From an uncultured Gemmatimonadota bacterium (lineage in GTDB: Bacteria; JAAXHH01), in NCBI GenBank assembly GCA_951812955.1, contig OX638340.1:3008001-3072000 (forward strand): 64,000 bases of DNA, read 5' to 3'. Position 1 is the first letter of the stretch, and every line of letters begins with the position of its first letter. The notes beneath the pieces are model-generated. The model was not told where the DNA came from and did no database searches. It saw nothing but the letters and a program-made list of their open reading frames with translations. Below, piece after piece: positions 32,424 to 43,854 of this stretch. Position numbers and translations under genes: made by a program.

Positions 32424-33053
32424 CTATTTCGAATACAACTCGATGATTAACTGTTCCTGTACAGGTGTCGGTATGTTATCTCGAACGGGTGCTTCCAGCA
32501 AACGTCCTGTAAGCGTGGTCTTGTCCAGGTCCAGCCAGTTTACCGCAGGACGCTGGTTCGCGGCGCTCAGTGACGCATGAATGCTGTCGAGCTGGCGGCT
32601 TTTCTCTTTGACCTGAATGACTTCACCCGTGCGGACGATGTATGAGGGGATATTTACGATACGGCCGTTAATCAGGATATGCCGATGGCGTACCAGCTGG
32701 CGTGCCGCTTTGCGCGACGGCGCTAAGCCGAGCCGGTACACGATGTTGTCCAGCCGGGTTTCAAGAAGTTGCAACAGGCGCTCACCCGTGTTGCCCTTGG
32801 TCCGGGCGGCCTTCACGAAGTACGAGCGGAACTGTGCTTCGCCGATTCCGTATGTCTTGCGCGTCTTCTGCTTTTCACGAAGACGGATCCCGTATTCCGT
32901 GGGTTTCCTCCGTCCAACAGACCCGTGCTGGCCCGGTGGAAACGCACGGCGGTCCACCGCGCATTTATCCGAAAAGCACCGATCGCCCTTCAGAAACAAC
33001 TTAACGCCTTCCCGCCGACAGATTCGACAGTTGGCATCCGTATAACGTGACAT
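32424..33053 (-). CDS. rpsD: 30S ribosomal protein S4
   Basis: 209 aa. [32 protein letters not shown] is the Zn-ribbon-type S4 N-terminus. Confidence 0.95.
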   Translation of the reverse strand: MSRYTDANCRICRREGVKLFLKGDRCFSDKCAVDRRAFPPGQHGSVGRRKPTEYGIRLREKQKTRKTYGIGEAQFRSYFVKAARTKGNTGERLLQLLETRLDNIVYRLGLAPSRKAARQLVRHRHILINGRIVNIPSYIVRTGEVIQVKEKSRQLDSIHASLSAANQRPAVNWLDLDKTTLTGRLLEAPVRDNIPTPVQEQLIIELYSK

Positions 33054-33133
33054 ATTTGCTCCTTAACACGCACGATCCGGGCAATGTACGCCGGCGGGCC
33101 TCCAGGCCCTCGCGTCCGCCCGATGTTTCACGA

Positions 33134-33529
33134 TCAGACGCGACGTCGTTTCGGTGGTCGGCATCCGTTGTGGGGAATAGGTGTTACGTCCTTGATAGCG
33201 GAAATCTCCAGACCCGCGGCCTGCAGGGCCCGAATGGCTGATTCACGTCCGGCGCCTGGTCCCTTTACCCATACCTCGACGCGCTTCAATCCCAGTTCGA
33301 TGGCTTCCTTTGCCGCAGCTTCCGCAGCGATCTGCGCGGCGAAAGGCGTACTCTTCCGGGAGTTGCGGAACGTGCCTCCCTTGCCTCCGCTCGACCAACT
33401 GATCGTGTGTCCCTGAAGATCGGCAAGGGTAACGATCGTATTGTTGAACGTCGCCTTGATATGGGCCACGCCTATGGAGTCCACATGCCGATCTCGCTTA
33501 CGGGCGCGACTTCGTCTAGCATTAGCCAA
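33134..33529 (-). CDS. rpsK: 30S ribosomal protein S11
   Basis: 131 aa. Contains [27 protein letters not shown]. Confidence 0.95.
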   Translation of the reverse strand: MANARRSRARKRDRHVDSIGVAHIKATFNNTIVTLADLQGHTISWSSGGKGGTFRNSRKSTPFAAQIAAEAAAKEAIELGLKRVEVWVKGPGAGRESAIRALQAAGLEISAIKDVTPIPHNGCRPPKRRRV

Positions 33530-33559
33530 CCTTCTACCTCCACGGTTTGAAGTTAGTCA

Positions 33560-33934
33560 CTAACTTTTCTGGCGCTTCGCACCGATGGTGCGTCGCGGTC
33601 CCTTGCGTATTCGGGAATTGGTACGGGTCCGCTGACCCCGCACCGGCAGCCCGCGGCGGTGACGCAGGCCGCGGTAACAACCGATGTCCATTAACCGGCG
33701 GATATTGAACGTGATGTCGCCGCGCAAAGCGCCTTCGACCTGATAATCGTTCTCGATACTCTGGCGGAGCTTCGTGATTTCCCGGTCGGTCAGGTCCCTG
33801 ACACGTGTTTCCGGATCGATTCCGGTCGCTTCAAGTACCTTGCGGGCGGTAGTCAGTCCTATTCCGAAAATGTAGGTGATGCCGATCTCCACGCGCTTGT
33901 CGCGGGGCAGATCGATACCGGCAATTCGTGCCAC
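33560..33934 (-). CDS. rpsM: 30S ribosomal protein S13
   Basis: 124 aa. [29 protein letters not shown] start. Confidence 0.95.
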   Translation of the reverse strand: MARIAGIDLPRDKRVEIGITYIFGIGLTTARKVLEATGIDPETRVRDLTDREITKLRQSIENDYQVEGALRGDITFNIRRLMDIGCYRGLRHRRGLPVRGQRTRTNSRIRKGPRRTIGAKRQKS

Positions 33935-33963
33935 CTTGCCCTCCTTGGCAACGGTTCGCTGCT

Positions 33964-34077
33964 GCTATCCCTGCCGCTGCTTGTGGCGCGGGTTGCGACA
34001 TAGCACTCGCACGACGCCCCTGCGGCGGATGACCTTGCAGTGTTCACAGATTTTCTTTACCGAAGCGCGTACTTTCA
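33964..34077 (-). CDS. rpmJ: 50S ribosomal protein L36
   Basis: A 37-aa ORF not in the track (below the length cutoff). [37 protein letters not shown] carries the C-x2-C-x12-C-x4-H zinc ribbon. A GAGGA SD lies 9 nt upstream. Confidence 0.85.
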
Positions 34078-34161
34078 TCTTCCGATCCTCAGTAATGGTT
34101 TGTTTCCGGTTACGCCGGGCTACCCGCTAAAACCGGTCCCCGGATGCAGTCGTGCCCGGGT

Positions 34162-34389
34162 TTACTTGTAACGATACGTAATGCGTCCACGTGTCAGATC
34201 GTAAGGCGACAACTCCACCATTACTTTGTCGCCCGGCAGGATCTTGATAAAATTCATGCGCACTTTGCCGGAAATATGCGCCAGGACCCTGTGCCCATTT
34301 TCCAGTTCAACGCGAAACGACGCGTTGGGCAAAGGCTCCACCACCGTACCTTCCACCTGTACCGGGGGCTCTTTCGGCATACGAATCAA
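34162..34389 (-). CDS. infA: Translation initiation factor IF-1
   Basis: 75 aa S1-like OB fold. ..[33 protein letters not shown].. is a canonical IF-1 sequence. Confidence 0.9.
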   Translation of the reverse strand: MIRMPKEPPVQVEGTVVEPLPNASFRVELENGHRVLAHISGKVRMNFIKILPGDKVMVELSPYDLTRGRITYRYK

Positions 34390-34449
34390 CCTTTCACCAA
34401 TCAGCCGTACGCGACCGCGAATTCGGCCATGGTCGGTTTCCGGCCCGTT

Positions 34450-35007
34450 TCACGTCGTGCGGGCCAGGTTCGTAAGTATGCGTTGCGTTACTTCCTCCGG
34501 CGAACCATCGCCGTCGATCCGTTTCAAAATCCCCGCCCTGTCATAGTAATCGACGAGCGGCGCCGTGACCTTCCTGTAGACTTTCAACCGGTGACTGATG
34601 GTCTCCGGCGTGTCGTCCCTTCGATTCCTCATGGCCAGGCGGTCGATCACTGTGCTGTCGGGCACCTCTATGTTGAGCACCACGTCCACGGGCGCTTGCA
34701 TGCGTGCCAGCGCCGCTCGAAGGAAGTCGGCCTGGTTCAGGTTTCTCGGGAATCCATCCAGGATAAACCCGGAGATGCAATCGGCTTCCCGCAACCGGTT
34801 TTCCAGAATGGCCTGGGTGATATCGTCGGATACCAGTTCGCCCTGGTCCACGAATTCCGATATCCTGCGCCCGACCTCGGTTCCTTCCTCCATCTCCCGC
34901 CGCAACAGATCGCCTGTAGAAATATGCGGGATGCGAAAATTCCTCGACAGTCTGGTTGCCTGCTCGCCTTTTCCCGCCCCCGGTGTCCCAAGAAGTATCA
35001 GTCGCAT
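34450..35007 (-). CDS. adk: Adenylate kinase (short-LID type)
   Basis: Start set at the internal Met (MRLILLGTPGAGKGEQ, P-loop) with an AGGTGA SD upstream. The track ORF's 29-aa N-terminal extension lacks an SD. 185 aa, no Zn-finger LID. Confidence 0.88.
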   Translation of the reverse strand: MRLILLGTPGAGKGEQATRLSRNFRIPHISTGDLLRREMEEGTEVGRRISEFVDQGELVSDDITQAILENRLREADCISGFILDGFPRNLNQADFLRAALARMQAPVDVVLNIEVPDSTVIDRLAMRNRRDDTPETISHRLKVYRKVTAPLVDYYDRAGILKRIDGDGSPEEVTQRILTNLARTT

Positions 35008-35065
35008 ATCCTGCTCACCTGGCACCAGGACGCCGCCAGGCGCCTGGAACGGAGGTTCCGATAAC

Positions 35066-36391
35066 TTACCCCGCCCGACCGCGTACGCGACCACGTTTCA
35101 TGAAACCCTCGTAGTGGCGGGACACGAGATGCGACTCGATTTGCTGGAGCGTGTCCAGGGCGACGCCCACCACGATCAGCAATGCGGTGCCGCCGAAGAA
35201 CGAAGACGCGCTCAAAGAGACGTTCATGCTTCGGATTATGAGGAACGGCACGATGGCGATGATCGCCAGAAAAACCGAGCCGGGCAACGTAATGCGTGTC
35301 AGAATGTGATCGAGATAGTCCGCCGTTCTTTTACCGGGCCGAATTCCCGGAATGAATCCGCCGACGCGCTTCATGTTGTCCGCCACGTCCACGGGGTTGA
35401 ATATGATGGATGTATAGAAATATGTAAAAAACACGATCAACATGCCGTAAAGCGCGTTGTAGATGAAAGCGCCGGGCTGAAACCACTCGACCATGGTCTG
35501 GAACACGGCCATGTCCGGAAAGAAGCTCGAAAACGTTCCCGGAACGAACATGATCGACTGGGCGAAAATGATGGGCATCACGCCGGCGGCGTTGACGCGT
35601 AACGGCAGGTGCGTGCTTTGCCCACCGTATACCTTGCGTCCAACCACGCGCCGCGGATATTGCACCGTGATTCTGCGCTGTCCCTGTGTGATCAGTACCA
35701 CGGAGGCGATGATCAGGATCCACACGGCCACGATGAAGATTTCGACGAGACCGCTGCGCAACCCGTTCATCACCGCATCGAACTCGCTCTTGGCCGCGAT
35801 GGGGAACTGGGCGATAATGCCGACGAAGATAATCAGCGAGATGCCGTTCCCGATGCCCCGCTCCTGGATTTGTTCCCCGAGCCACATCAGGAATATGGTG
35901 CCGGTCGTCATCGTCACGACCGTTACGAAAATGAAACCCGCCCCGGGATCGATGACGGCGGAACGGCCCACTTCGTCTCGAATGTCCTGGAGCCAGTAGC
36001 TGATTCCAAGCGCCTGCACCATCGACAGCAGTACGGTGCCGTACCGCGTGTACTGGTTGATCTTCTTCTGCCCTTCCTGCCCCTCCTTCTGGAGTTTCTG
36101 CAAGTAGGGCCACATGGACCCGAGCAGCTGCAGGATAATGGACGCACTGATATAGGGCATTACGCCGAGGGCAAATATGGTCGCACGCTCGAATGCGCCT
36201 CCCACGAACATGTTGTACAGACCGAATATGGTCCCGCCCATCTGACTGAAGAAGGCGCTCAACACTTCGTGGTCTATGCCCGGCGTGGGTATCTGGCCGC
36301 CGATTCGGTACACCGCAAGCAGACTGAGGGTGAAAATGATGCGCCGACGGAGTTCCGGGATCCGGAATACATTCTGAAAACTTTCGATCAT
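35066..36391 (-). CDS. secY: Preprotein translocase subunit SecY
   Basis: 441 aa, 10 TM. Canonical SecY blocks are present (..GIMPYISASIILQLL.., ..GGQSTHLPLRVNAAGVMPIIFA..). Confidence 0.95.
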   Translation of the reverse strand: MIESFQNVFRIPELRRRIIFTLSLLAVYRIGGQIPTPGIDHEVLSAFFSQMGGTIFGLYNMFVGGAFERATIFALGVMPYISASIILQLLGSMWPYLQKLQKEGQEGQKKINQYTRYGTVLLSMVQALGISYWLQDIRDEVGRSAVIDPGAGFIFVTVVTMTTGTIFLMWLGEQIQERGIGNGISLIIFVGIIAQFPIAAKSEFDAVMNGLRSGLVEIFIVAVWILIIASVVLITQGQRRITVQYPRRVVGRKVYGGQSTHLPLRVNAAGVMPIIFAQSIMFVPGTFSSFFPDMAVFQTMVEWFQPGAFIYNALYGMLIVFFTYFYTSIIFNPVDVADNMKRVGGFIPGIRPGKRTADYLDHILTRITLPGSVFLAIIAIVPFLIIRSMNVSLSASSFFGGTALLIVVGVALDTLQQIESHLVSRHYEGFMKRGRVRGRAG

Positions 36392-36834
36392 CCGGAGATC
36401 ACCTCGACCGATCCGCCCGCCGCCTCGATTTTCCGCCGCGCCGCTTCACTCACCTTGTGGACGCTGACCTTCATGGGCCGGTCGACCTCGCCTTCACCGA
36501 GGATCTTGACCGGGGCCGTCGATTTCCGGACCAGGCGTTTGTCCGCCAGTGTACCGGCGTCCACGACCGTCTCTTCGTCCCATCCTTCAAGGTCTCGCAG
36601 ATTGACGATCTGGTAGGTCTTGCGGAACAGATTGGTAAATCCGCGCTTGGGCAGCCGCCGCACGAGGCGCATCTGTCCGCCTTCGAAGGAGGGGTGGATC
36701 TTCTTGCCCGACCTGGAACGCTGTCCCTTGTGCCCCCTGCCAGAGGTCTTGCCCGTACCGGAGCCCGGACCGCGGCCCAGGCGCTTTACTTTGCGCACCG
36801 CGCCGGAGGCGTGTTTCAAACCGTCGACATTCAT
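36388..36834 (-). CDS. rplO: 50S ribosomal protein L15
   Basis: 148 aa. Gly/Arg-rich N-terminus KRLGRGPGSGTGKTSGRGHKGQ. Confidence 0.93.
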   Translation of the reverse strand: MNVDGLKHASGAVRKVKRLGRGPGSGTGKTSGRGHKGQRSRSGKKIHPSFEGGQMRLVRRLPKRGFTNLFRKTYQIVNLRDLEGWDEETVVDAGTLADKRLVRKSTAPVKILGEGEVDRPMKVSVHKVSEAARRKIEAAGGSVEVISG

Positions 36835-36869
36835 TACAGCCGTATTCCTTTCTTACCGAAACCCGCCGG

Positions 36870-37067
36870 CTATTCGTCTTCCGTCGTGATCGTTTCCACT
36901 TCCACCAGATGGCCGACGCGCGCAATCATGCCCTGGATCTGGGGCGTATCGTTATGCACCGCGCTATGGTGCAACCGACGTATACCCAGCGCTTCCAGGG
37001 TCCGTTTCTGCCGCCGGTGTCTTCCGATGGCGCTTCTTTTCTGTGTAATGCGCAGCCGTGTCGCCAT
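36870..37067 (-). CDS. rpmD: 50S ribosomal protein L30
   Basis: 65 aa. LRITQKRSAIGRHRRQKRTLEALGIRR. Confidence 0.9.
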   Translation of the reverse strand: MATRLRITQKRSAIGRHRRQKRTLEALGIRRLHHSAVHNDTPQIQGMIARVGHLVEVETITTEDE

Positions 37068-37069
37068 AA

Positions 37070-37573
37070 CTACCCTTTCAGATCCTCGATATCCACGTTC
37101 CGCGCGTCCGCGATCTCGGAGGCTACCTTCAAGTCGAGCAGCCCCTGCAGGGTCGCTTTGGCCACGTTGTAGGGGTTGGAGGAACCGATCGATTTCGTCA
37201 GGATATTGTGTATGCCCGCCGATTCCAGCACCGCGCGGGCCGCATCGCCGGCGATAACGCCCGTGCCGGGCGATGCCGGTTTCAGGATCACCTCCGCTGC
37301 GCTGAACCTCCCGTTTACGTCGTGCGGGATCGTGCCGTTGACCACCGGCACGCTGTGCAGATGCTTCCGGGCCGTTTCCGTGGCCTTGCGAATCGCCTCG
37401 GACAGTTCCAGGGCCTTGCCCATGCCCAGACCCACGTGGCCGTTGCCGTCGCCCACGGCGATCAGAGCGTTGAAACTGAACGTGCGACCGCCTTTCACGA
37501 CTTTGGCAACCCGGTTGATATCGACCAGGCGTTCCGACGACAGATCAAACTCATCGGGATTGATTCTCGGCAA
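37070..37573 (-). CDS. rpsE: 30S ribosomal protein S5
   Basis: 167 aa. ..[34 protein letters not shown].. Confidence 0.95.
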   Translation of the reverse strand: MPRINPDEFDLSSERLVDINRVAKVVKGGRTFSFNALIAVGDGNGHVGLGMGKALELSEAIRKATETARKHLHSVPVVNGTIPHDVNGRFSAAEVILKPASPGTGVIAGDAARAVLESAGIHNILTKSIGSSNPYNVAKATLQGLLDLKVASEIADARNVDIEDLKG

Positions 37574-37630
37574 TTTATGCTCCCTTCCTCAGTTATGGTA
37601 CGCCGGACGCACCGTCGCGCGGACGCGATT

Positions 37631-38005
37631 TCAGAATTCCAGTCCGCATTCGCGCACGCCTTCCGCCAGGGCCTTGACCCGGCCGTGGTACCGGTATCCG
37701 CCGCGGTCGAAGGTCACGCTGGACACGCCCTGCGATTTCATCTTTTCTCCAAGGATCCGGCCAACGAGCCTGCTCTGCGCCCTCCGGTCCATCTCCGGCT
37801 CCAACTGCGCCCTGATCTCGGGCGTATTGGTGGACAGGGACAGCAACGTGGCGCCCGCCGAATCGTCAATGACCTGGGCGTAGATGTGCTTGAGACTCCT
37901 GAAAACGTTTAAGCGCGGCCGGACCGAGTCGCCCCGGATGGACTTTCTTACCCGGCGATGGCGGACCTTCCGCATCCTGGCTTTCTGCAGTGTCTTCCTG
38001 GACAT
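37631..38005 (-). CDS. rplR: 50S ribosomal protein L18
   Basis: 124 aa. ..PRLNVFRSLKHIYAQVIDD.. Confidence 0.93.
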   Translation of the reverse strand: MSRKTLQKARMRKVRHRRVRKSIRGDSVRPRLNVFRSLKHIYAQVIDDSAGATLLSLSTNTPEIRAQLEPEMDRRAQSRLVGRILGEKMKSQGVSSVTFDRGGYRYHGRVKALAEGVRECGLEF

Positions 38006-38025
38006 TATCCTGTACCCGTTTCCCG

Positions 38026-38562
38026 TCAGGCGCCGGTCTTGCCGGCTTTCCTGCGTACCTGTTCACCGTCGTAGCGTATGCCCTTGCCCTTGTATGGTTC
38101 CGGTTTCTTGAACGACCGGATCACCGCGGCCACCTGGCCGACGAGTTGCTTGTCGATTCCCCTGACCGTGATCCGGTTGCCGTCCGTGACCTCGAGGTCC
38201 ACGTCCGGCGGCGCCTGGAAGATCACGGGGTGAGAATATCCCAGGCTGAGCGTCAGATTCCTGCCTTTGAGTTCCGCCCGGTAGCCCACACCGATAATCT
38301 CGAGCGTCCGATCGAATCCGCTGACGACGCCTTCCACCATGTTGGCGATCAGCGAGCGGTTCAGGCCGTGCAGTGCGCGTGACTGCCTGGACTCGTTCCG
38401 ACGCGCCACCAGCAGGTGTCCGTCTTCCAGGACAGCGTTGATCTGGGCGGGTATCCTGTGGGAAAGCTCGCCCTTCGGACCCTTCACATTTACGGTCCGG
38501 TCGTCTATCGAAACCTGGACCCCGTCCGGGATCGCAATCGGTAGTTTACCTATTCGTGACAC
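38026..38562 (-). CDS. rplF: 50S ribosomal protein L6
   Basis: 178 aa. MSRIGKLPIAIPDGVQVSIDDRTVNVKGPKGELS. Confidence 0.95.
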   Translation of the reverse strand: MSRIGKLPIAIPDGVQVSIDDRTVNVKGPKGELSHRIPAQINAVLEDGHLLVARRNESRQSRALHGLNRSLIANMVEGVVSGFDRTLEIIGVGYRAELKGRNLTLSLGYSHPVIFQAPPDVDLEVTDGNRITVRGIDKQLVGQVAAVIRSFKKPEPYKGKGIRYDGEQVRRKAGKTGA

Positions 38563-38586
38563 CGCGGCTCCTTCCGGTATTCCGGA

Positions 38587-38985
38587 CTACCAGATGTAAC
38601 ACAACACTTCGCCGCCCGTATTCAACTGGCGCGCTTCGCGGTCCGTGACGATACCCTTGGGCGTGCTCAATACGGCCACGCCGAGTCCGTTCAATACCCT
38701 GGGCAGGCGGTCCGCCTTTACGTACACCCGCCGACCCGGCTTGCTGATGCGTTTCAGCATGGAGATAATCGATTCTCCCACCGGACCGTATTTGAGGTAG
38801 ATCCGGATGATGCCCTGTTTTCCGTCTTCCACCTGGGTATAGTGGCTGATGAACTTTTGGTTCAGCAGGATTCGGGCGATTTCAGCTTTTATCTTCGAGG
38901 CCGGTACTTCGACCCTCTGGTGCTTCGCCTGGCACGCATTGCGTATCCGGGTCAGCATGTCCGCGATCGGATCCGTCATTGACAT
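38587..38985 (-). CDS. rpsH: 30S ribosomal protein S8
   Basis: 132 aa. [17 protein letters not shown]. Confidence 0.95.
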   Translation of the reverse strand: MSMTDPIADMLTRIRNACQAKHQRVEVPASKIKAEIARILLNQKFISHYTQVEDGKQGIIRIYLKYGPVGESIISMLKRISKPGRRVYVKADRLPRVLNGLGVAVLSTPKGIVTDREARQLNTGGEVLCYIW

Positions 38986-39019
38986 CTTGCGGTTCTCCCT
39001 GAGAAACTACTCCGTGCTT

Positions 39020-39205
39020 CTACCAACTGGCCTTCGTCACGCCTGGAATCTCACCCTGCAGGGCCAGCGTTCGGAAACAGATGCGACAGATTCCGAAGCG
39101 GCGCATGTAAGCGCGGGGACGGCCGCACTGCCTGCAGCGGCTGTAAGCGCGCACTTTGTATTTAGGTTTTCTTTTCGCTTTCGCGATCAACGACTTCTTG
39201 GCCAC
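39020..39205 (-). CDS. rpsZ: 30S ribosomal protein S14 type Z (zinc-binding)
   Basis: 61 aa. The [21 protein letters not shown]4 motif is present. Confidence 0.93.
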   Translation of the reverse strand: MAKKSLIAKAKRKPKYKVRAYSRCRQCGRPRAYMRRFGICRICFRTLALQGEIPGVTKASW

Positions 39206-39278
39206 GCGTCCCCCTCTTGATATTCCCGGTTTCCGGCTCGAAACGGGCGGCCTGTCCGGCCCGCCTGGAACCTGGACC

Positions 39279-39827
39279 CTACACCGGCTGATCCCTGAAA
39301 GGCATGCCGAGATGCCTGAGCAACTCCGCGCTCTCTTCGTCGGTATCCGCCGAGGTTACGATTGTGATATCCATGCCCCGGAACAGATCGACCTGGTCGT
39401 AGTCGATTTCGGGGAAGATGGTCTGTTCGGTCAACCCGAGGGTATAGTTTCCCCGGCCGTCGAAAGACCGCGTCGAAACGCCCCGGAAATCGCGGATGCG
39501 GGGAATCGCCACGTTGATGAGGCGATCGAGAAACTCGTACATGCGGGCGCCACGAAGCGTCACGCGGCAGCCGACCGGCATGCCTTCCCGTATCTTGAAA
39601 TTCGAAATGGACTTCCTGGCCCGGGTCACGACGGCCTTCTGCCCGGTAATCGCCGACAGTTCCGATACCGCGCTGTCCAGCAGGCTGGCATTCTGCGAAG
39701 CCTCGCCCACGCCCATGTTCAGGACCACTTTCTCTATACGCGGCACCTGCATGGTGTTGCCGTAGCCGAAATGCTGCAGGAGCGCGGGTCTGATCTCGCT
39801 GTTGTACTGTTCCTTCAATCGTGCCAT
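39279..39827 (-). CDS. rplE: 50S ribosomal protein L5
   Basis: 182 aa. [39 protein letters not shown]. Confidence 0.95.
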   Translation of the reverse strand: MARLKEQYNSEIRPALLQHFGYGNTMQVPRIEKVVLNMGVGEASQNASLLDSAVSELSAITGQKAVVTRARKSISNFKIREGMPVGCRVTLRGARMYEFLDRLINVAIPRIRDFRGVSTRSFDGRGNYTLGLTEQTIFPEIDYDQVDLFRGMDITIVTSADTDEESAELLRHLGMPFRDQPV

Positions 39828-39840
39828 GCTCGTATTCCCG

Positions 39841-40065
39841 TTATCCTTCGGCGATTACTTTCACATTGGATGCATGGATAGGGGCCTCTCTCTCGAGACG
39901 GCCGCCCTGTGGATTGGTCTGGGTGGGTCGTGTATGGCGCATGACGAAATTCAGGCCTTCCACGATCACCCTGTTCTTCTCCGGCAGCACTTTCAATACT
40001 CTTCCTGTCTTGCCGCGGGTATCACCGGTGAGTACCACCACGGTATCGCCCTTTTTGACGTGCAT
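39841..40065 (-). CDS. rplX: 50S ribosomal protein L24 (short form, 74 aa)
   Basis: [41 protein letters not shown].. (KOW motif). It stops 13 nt before the rplE start. Confidence 0.88.
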   Translation of the reverse strand: MHVKKGDTVVVLTGDTRGKTGRVLKVLPEKNRVIVEGLNFVMRHTRPTQTNPQGGRLEREAPIHASNVKVIAEG

Positions 40066-40101
40066 TCTGCTGCTCCTTCCCGTTCCTCCGGGTCGCGGAC
40101 C

Positions 40102-40470
40102 CTAAAGGACCTCAGGGGCGAGTGAGACGATCCGGGTGTACTCCCGTTCGCGCAGTTCCCGGGCGACGGGGCCGAATATGCGCGTGCCCCTTGGTTCGCC
40201 CTGGTCATCAATCAGCACGGCCGCGTTCTCGTCGAAACGGATGTAGGACCCGTCCCGGCGCCGCACTTCTTTGCGGACCCGCACGACCACGGCCTTGACC
40301 ACTTCGCCCTTCTTTACCGAACCGCCGGGCGAGGCTTCCTTCACCGATGCCACGAACCGGTCGCCCACGCTGGCGTACCGCCGGCCTGTTCCACCCAGGA
40401 CCTTGATGCATCTAACCTGCCGGGCGCCCGTGTTGTCGGCTACGTTCAGCCAGGTATATTCTTGTATCAT
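40102..40470 (-). CDS. rplN: 50S ribosomal protein L14
   Basis: 122 aa. [27 protein letters not shown]. Confidence 0.95.
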   Translation of the reverse strand: MIQEYTWLNVADNTGARQVRCIKVLGGTGRRYASVGDRFVASVKEASPGGSVKKGEVVKAVVVRVRKEVRRRDGSYIRFDENAAVLIDDQGEPRGTRIFGPVARELREREYTRIVSLAPEVL

Positions 40471-40516
40471 CTAGGTTCCGTCCCGTTCACCGTCTTCCGT
40501 TTCTGCCACCGGAAAA

Positions 40517-40780
40517 CTAGACCTGTACCGCGCGCTGGATGACCTCGGTCAAGCGCCAGCGCTTATTCTTGCTCAACGGACGTGTTTCCGTCACCCGGAC
40601 GATGTCGCCGATCCGGCACGTCTGCTCTTCGTCATGGACCGTCAGCTTGGTCGTGCGCCGTATATACCTGCCGTACATGGGATGCTTCACCGTCCGTTCA
40701 ACGGCGATGGTGACGGTCTTTTCCATCTTGTTGCTCAGTACGCGTCCCACGCGGTTCTTTCTGTGTCCCCGCTCCTTCAT
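40517..40780 (-). CDS. rpsQ: 30S ribosomal protein S17
   Basis: 87 aa. ..[28 protein letters not shown].. Confidence 0.93.
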   Translation of the reverse strand: MKERGHRKNRVGRVLSNKMEKTVTIAVERTVKHPMYGRYIRRTTKLTVHDEEQTCRIGDIVRVTETRPLSKNKRWRLTEVIQRAVQV

Positions 40781-41037
40781 GCGTCATCTCCCGGATCATC
40801 CTGTCCGTCTGCCCGATTCTGATTGTCCGCCGCCTGGATGGATCGGATGTCGAGCTCATCCTCATTCAGGAGCGTGAGAATCCGGGCGATTTCCCGGCGC
40901 GACGACGAAATGCGCTTGGCATCCGTCATCTGCCGCGTCGCTTTCTGAAAATTCAGGTTGAAGATCTCTTCCTTCAGTTCGGCCACCCGCTCGTGCAGTT
41001 CCGCAACGGACAATTGCCGAAGCTCGTATAGTTTCAT
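40777..41037 (-). CDS. rpmC: 50S ribosomal protein L29 (with ~20-aa acidic C-terminal extension)
   Basis: 86 aa. [33 protein letters not shown].., tail ..[16 protein letters not shown]. It overlaps the rpsQ start by 4 nt. Confidence 0.9.
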   Translation of the reverse strand: MKLYELRQLSVAELHERVAELKEEIFNLNFQKATRQMTDAKRISSSRREIARILTLLNEDELDIRSIQAADNQNRADGQDDPGDDA

Positions 41038-41064
41038 TACTTCCCTTCCTCGGGAACAGACCCG

Positions 41065-41481
41065 CTAGAGATCCTCGCGGGTAACCAGGCGCGTCTTGAT
41101 CGACAGCTTCTGCTGGGCCAGTGCGATGGATTCCCTGGCCATATCGGAGGCCACGCCCCTCAGTTCGAAGAGGATGCGTCCCGGCTTCACCACGGCCACC
41201 CAGTTTCCGGTGGGACTGCCCTTCCCCTTGCCCATGCGCGTTTCAGCGGGTTTTTCCGTGAGCACCTTGTCCGGAAATACCCTGATCCAGACTTTGCCGC
41301 CGCGCCGCATGTGATGGACCATCGCGATACGAGCCGCTTCGATCTGCCGGTTGGTGATCCAACCGGGCTCGAGCGCTTGAATACCGTAATCTCCGAATTC
41401 CAGCGTGGCGCCGCGCGTTGCGATGCCCGTCATACGGCCGCGCTGTTGCTTCCGGTATTTCAGTCGCTTCGGCATTAACAT
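41065..41481 (-). CDS. rplP: 50S ribosomal protein L16
   Basis: 138 aa. [24 protein letters not shown]. Confidence 0.95.
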   Translation of the reverse strand: MLMPKRLKYRKQQRGRMTGIATRGATLEFGDYGIQALEPGWITNRQIEAARIAMVHHMRRGGKVWIRVFPDKVLTEKPAETRMGKGKGSPTGNWVAVVKPGRILFELRGVASDMARESIALAQQKLSIKTRLVTREDL

Positions 41482-41539
41482 CTCGATGTCTCCTCGAATG
41501 ATCCCTTGACTCTGAAACGGACGCGCTCAACGAACCGAC

Positions 41540-42208
41540 TCAAACCGTCGATTCCCGTCCAGTCCCAGTTTGTGTGTCCTCGCCCTTGATGATCTCGCCC
41601 TTGCAGATCCACACCTTGATGCCGATACACCCGTAGGTGGTATGGGCGGTGGACTGGGCGTAATCGATGTCTGCCCGGAGCGTGTGCAGCGGTACGCGTC
41701 CGTCGTTGAAAGATTCGGACCGGGACATTTCCGCGCCGCCAAGCCGTCCGCCGCAGGTAATCTTGATACCCTCGGCGCCCATGCGCATGGCCGCGGTGAT
41801 GGATTTTTTCATGGCCCTTCTGAAACTGATCCGCTGTTCGATCTGCCGCGCTATGCTGTCGCCGATAAGCTGGGCATCCAGCTCCGGACGGCGGATTTCC
41901 TGTATATTGATGTAGATCTCTTTCTTGGTCAGGTGCTGAAGTTCGTCCCTGAGCTTGTCCACTTCCGCGCCCTTGCGTCCGATCACGATGCCGGGCCGGG
42001 CGGTGTGTATCGTTATGGTGGCCTTCTGCGGCGCTCGTTCGATTTCGACCTTCGAGATGCCGGCCCGCGTCAGGCGGCTCTTGACGTAACGGCGGATCAT
42101 GAGGTCCTCCTGGAGCAATTCCGCCATGTTCTTGTCGGAATACCAGTTGGACTGCCAGGTCTTGATCACGCCAAGACGAAAACCGATCGGATGTGTTTTC
42201 TGACCCAC
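41540..42208 (-). CDS. rpsC: 30S ribosomal protein S3
   Basis: Start placed at the GTG ([13 protein letters not shown]..) with an AGGAG SD 8 nt upstream. The track ORF extends 24 codons further with no SD. KH and S3-C domains are present. Confidence 0.9.
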   Translation of the reverse strand: MGQKTHPIGFRLGVIKTWQSNWYSDKNMAELLQEDLMIRRYVKSRLTRAGISKVEIERAPQKATITIHTARPGIVIGRKGAEVDKLRDELQHLTKKEIYINIQEIRRPELDAQLIGDSIARQIEQRISFRRAMKKSITAAMRMGAEGIKITCGGRLGGAEMSRSESFNDGRVPLHTLRADIDYAQSTAHTTYGCIGIKVWICKGEIIKGEDTQTGTGRESTV

Positions 42209-42281
42209 GTCGTCAACTCCTGTTGTCGGAACTTCCCGGTAAATGGCCGGTCCGCGCCAGCCCGGTCCAGGCCAGGGCAAG

Positions 42282-42620
42282 TTAGTCCGCGACCACCACG
42301 GTGATATGGCTGGTGCGTTTCCGAATCGTGGAAGCGCTGCCCCTGGGGCCGTAATGGATGCGTTTCATGACCGGTCCGCCGTCGATAAAAACGGTCTTGA
42401 TCTTCAGGTCCTCGATATCCAGCGTATGCTCGTCGTCGACATTCAAGGCGTTCGCCGTAGCGGACCGCACGGTCTTTTCGATAGGCCGGGCGCATGCCTT
42501 GGGTACGAATTGCAGTATGTTCAGCGCTTCCTGAACGGTCCGGCCGCGGATCATGTCCGCCACCTGGCGCATCTTGCGTGCCGAGCCGCGTACCTGCCGC
42601 GCAGTTGCACGGGCTTCCAT
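42282..42620 (-). CDS. rplV: 50S ribosomal protein L22
   Basis: 112 aa. [26 protein letters not shown]. Confidence 0.93.
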   Translation of the reverse strand: MEARATARQVRGSARKMRQVADMIRGRTVQEALNILQFVPKACARPIEKTVRSATANALNVDDEHTLDIEDLKIKTVFIDGGPVMKRIHYGPRGSASTIRKRTSHITVVVAD

Positions 42621-42650
42621 CGCTATGCTCTCCCCTTCGTCAAAGCCGGT

Positions 42651-42938
42651 TTACTTCAGTTGTGTAGACCGCTCCGTGACCCGTCCGCTGTGTCCGCGGT
42701 AGGTGCGCGTCGGCGCGAATTCACCCAGTTTGTGGCCAACCATGTTCTCCGAGATGTAGACCGGTATGAACTTGTTGCCGTTGTGAATGGCCAGGGTATG
42801 ACCGACGAAGTCCGGCGTGATCGTGCAAGCGCGGGCCCAGGTGCGGACCACCCGCTTCTCACCGGTACGATTCAGTTCGTCGACCTTCTTCTTGACGTTA
42901 CTGTCGATGTACGGTCCTTTTTTGACCGAACGACTCAT
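42651..42938 (-). CDS. rpsS: 30S ribosomal protein S19
   Basis: Start at the second ATG of ..GGGAGGCG ATG ATG AGT ([12 protein letters not shown]), 95 aa. The track ORF's upstream extension is read-through of the rplB tail. Confidence 0.92.
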   Translation of the reverse strand: MSRSVKKGPYIDSNVKKKVDELNRTGEKRVVRTWARACTITPDFVGHTLAIHNGNKFIPVYISENMVGHKLGEFAPTRTYRGHSGRVTERSTQLK

Positions 42939-42964
42939 CATCGCCTCCCGCAAAGTTCCCTTGA

Positions 42965-43789
42965 CTATTTTCGCCGCTTGATGATCAGCGTATCCGATTT
43001 CTTGGTCTTCTTCCGCGTCCGCAGACCCTTGGTCTTCTTTCCCCACGGAGTCACGGGATGCCGTCCACCCGAACTCTTGCCTTCTCCGCCGCCCATGGGG
43101 TGATCCACGGGGTTCTTCGCCACACCGCGGGAATAGCCGCGCCGCCCCAGCCAGCGGGAGCGTCCGGCCTTACCGAGCGTTATGTTCTCGTGATCCGTAT
43201 TGCCTACCTGGCCTATCGTGGCGGAACACGCAACGGGTACCCGCCTGATTTCTCCGGAAGGCAGGCGCAACTGGGCAAAGCCGCCGTCCCGCGACATCAA
43301 CTGGGCGGCTCCACCGGCGGAGCGCACGAGCTGGCCCCCGCGACCCGGCGAAAGTTCGATGTTGTGCAGCATGGTTCCCAGGGGTATGTCCTCCAGCGAC
43401 ATATGGTTGCCGCTCCGGATCTCGGATCGGCTGCCGGACGTGACCGTATGTCCCACCTCCAGGCCATGAGGCGCGAGAATATAGCGTTTCTCGCCGTCCG
43501 CGTAGTACAGCAGCGCGATGCGCGCCGAACGGTTCGGATCGTACTCGATGGCATGTACCCTGGCCGGGATGTCGACCTTGTCGCGCCGGAAGTCGATGAC
43601 CCGGTATCGCCGCTTGTGCCCGCCACCGCGGTGCCGGGCGGTCATGCGTCCCAGGTTGTTCCGGCCGCCCGACTTCTTCAGGGGACGGACCAGGGAGGAC
43701 TCCGGCGTCTCCTTCGTGATCTCCTTGAAGGAGGCTACGGTCTTGAACCGCTGGCCGGGTGTCTTGGGTCTGAATGTACGTACTGCCAT
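42965..43789 (-). CDS. rplB: 50S ribosomal protein L2
   Basis: 274 aa. ..[26 protein letters not shown].. and C-terminal ..[19 protein letters not shown].. Confidence 0.95.
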   Translation of the reverse strand: MAVRTFRPKTPGQRFKTVASFKEITKETPESSLVRPLKKSGGRNNLGRMTARHRGGGHKRRYRVIDFRRDKVDIPARVHAIEYDPNRSARIALLYYADGEKRYILAPHGLEVGHTVTSGSRSEIRSGNHMSLEDIPLGTMLHNIELSPGRGGQLVRSAGGAAQLMSRDGGFAQLRLPSGEIRRVPVACSATIGQVGNTDHENITLGKAGRSRWLGRRGYSRGVAKNPVDHPMGGGEGKSSGGRHPVTPWGKKTKGLRTRKKTKKSDTLIIKRRK

Positions 43790-43854
43790 AGCTCGTCTTC
43801 CTCTTCATGCGCCGGCCCGGACACGCGCCAGGCGCGGCCAGGGGGATCGGGTAA

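Noticed and set aside
39841-40065. rplX as a truncated pseudogene
   Set aside because: The N-terminal KOW region is intact, and the frame ends cleanly 13 nt before the rplE start with no disrupted downstream remnant. It is treated as a genuine short L24 unless resequencing shows otherwise.
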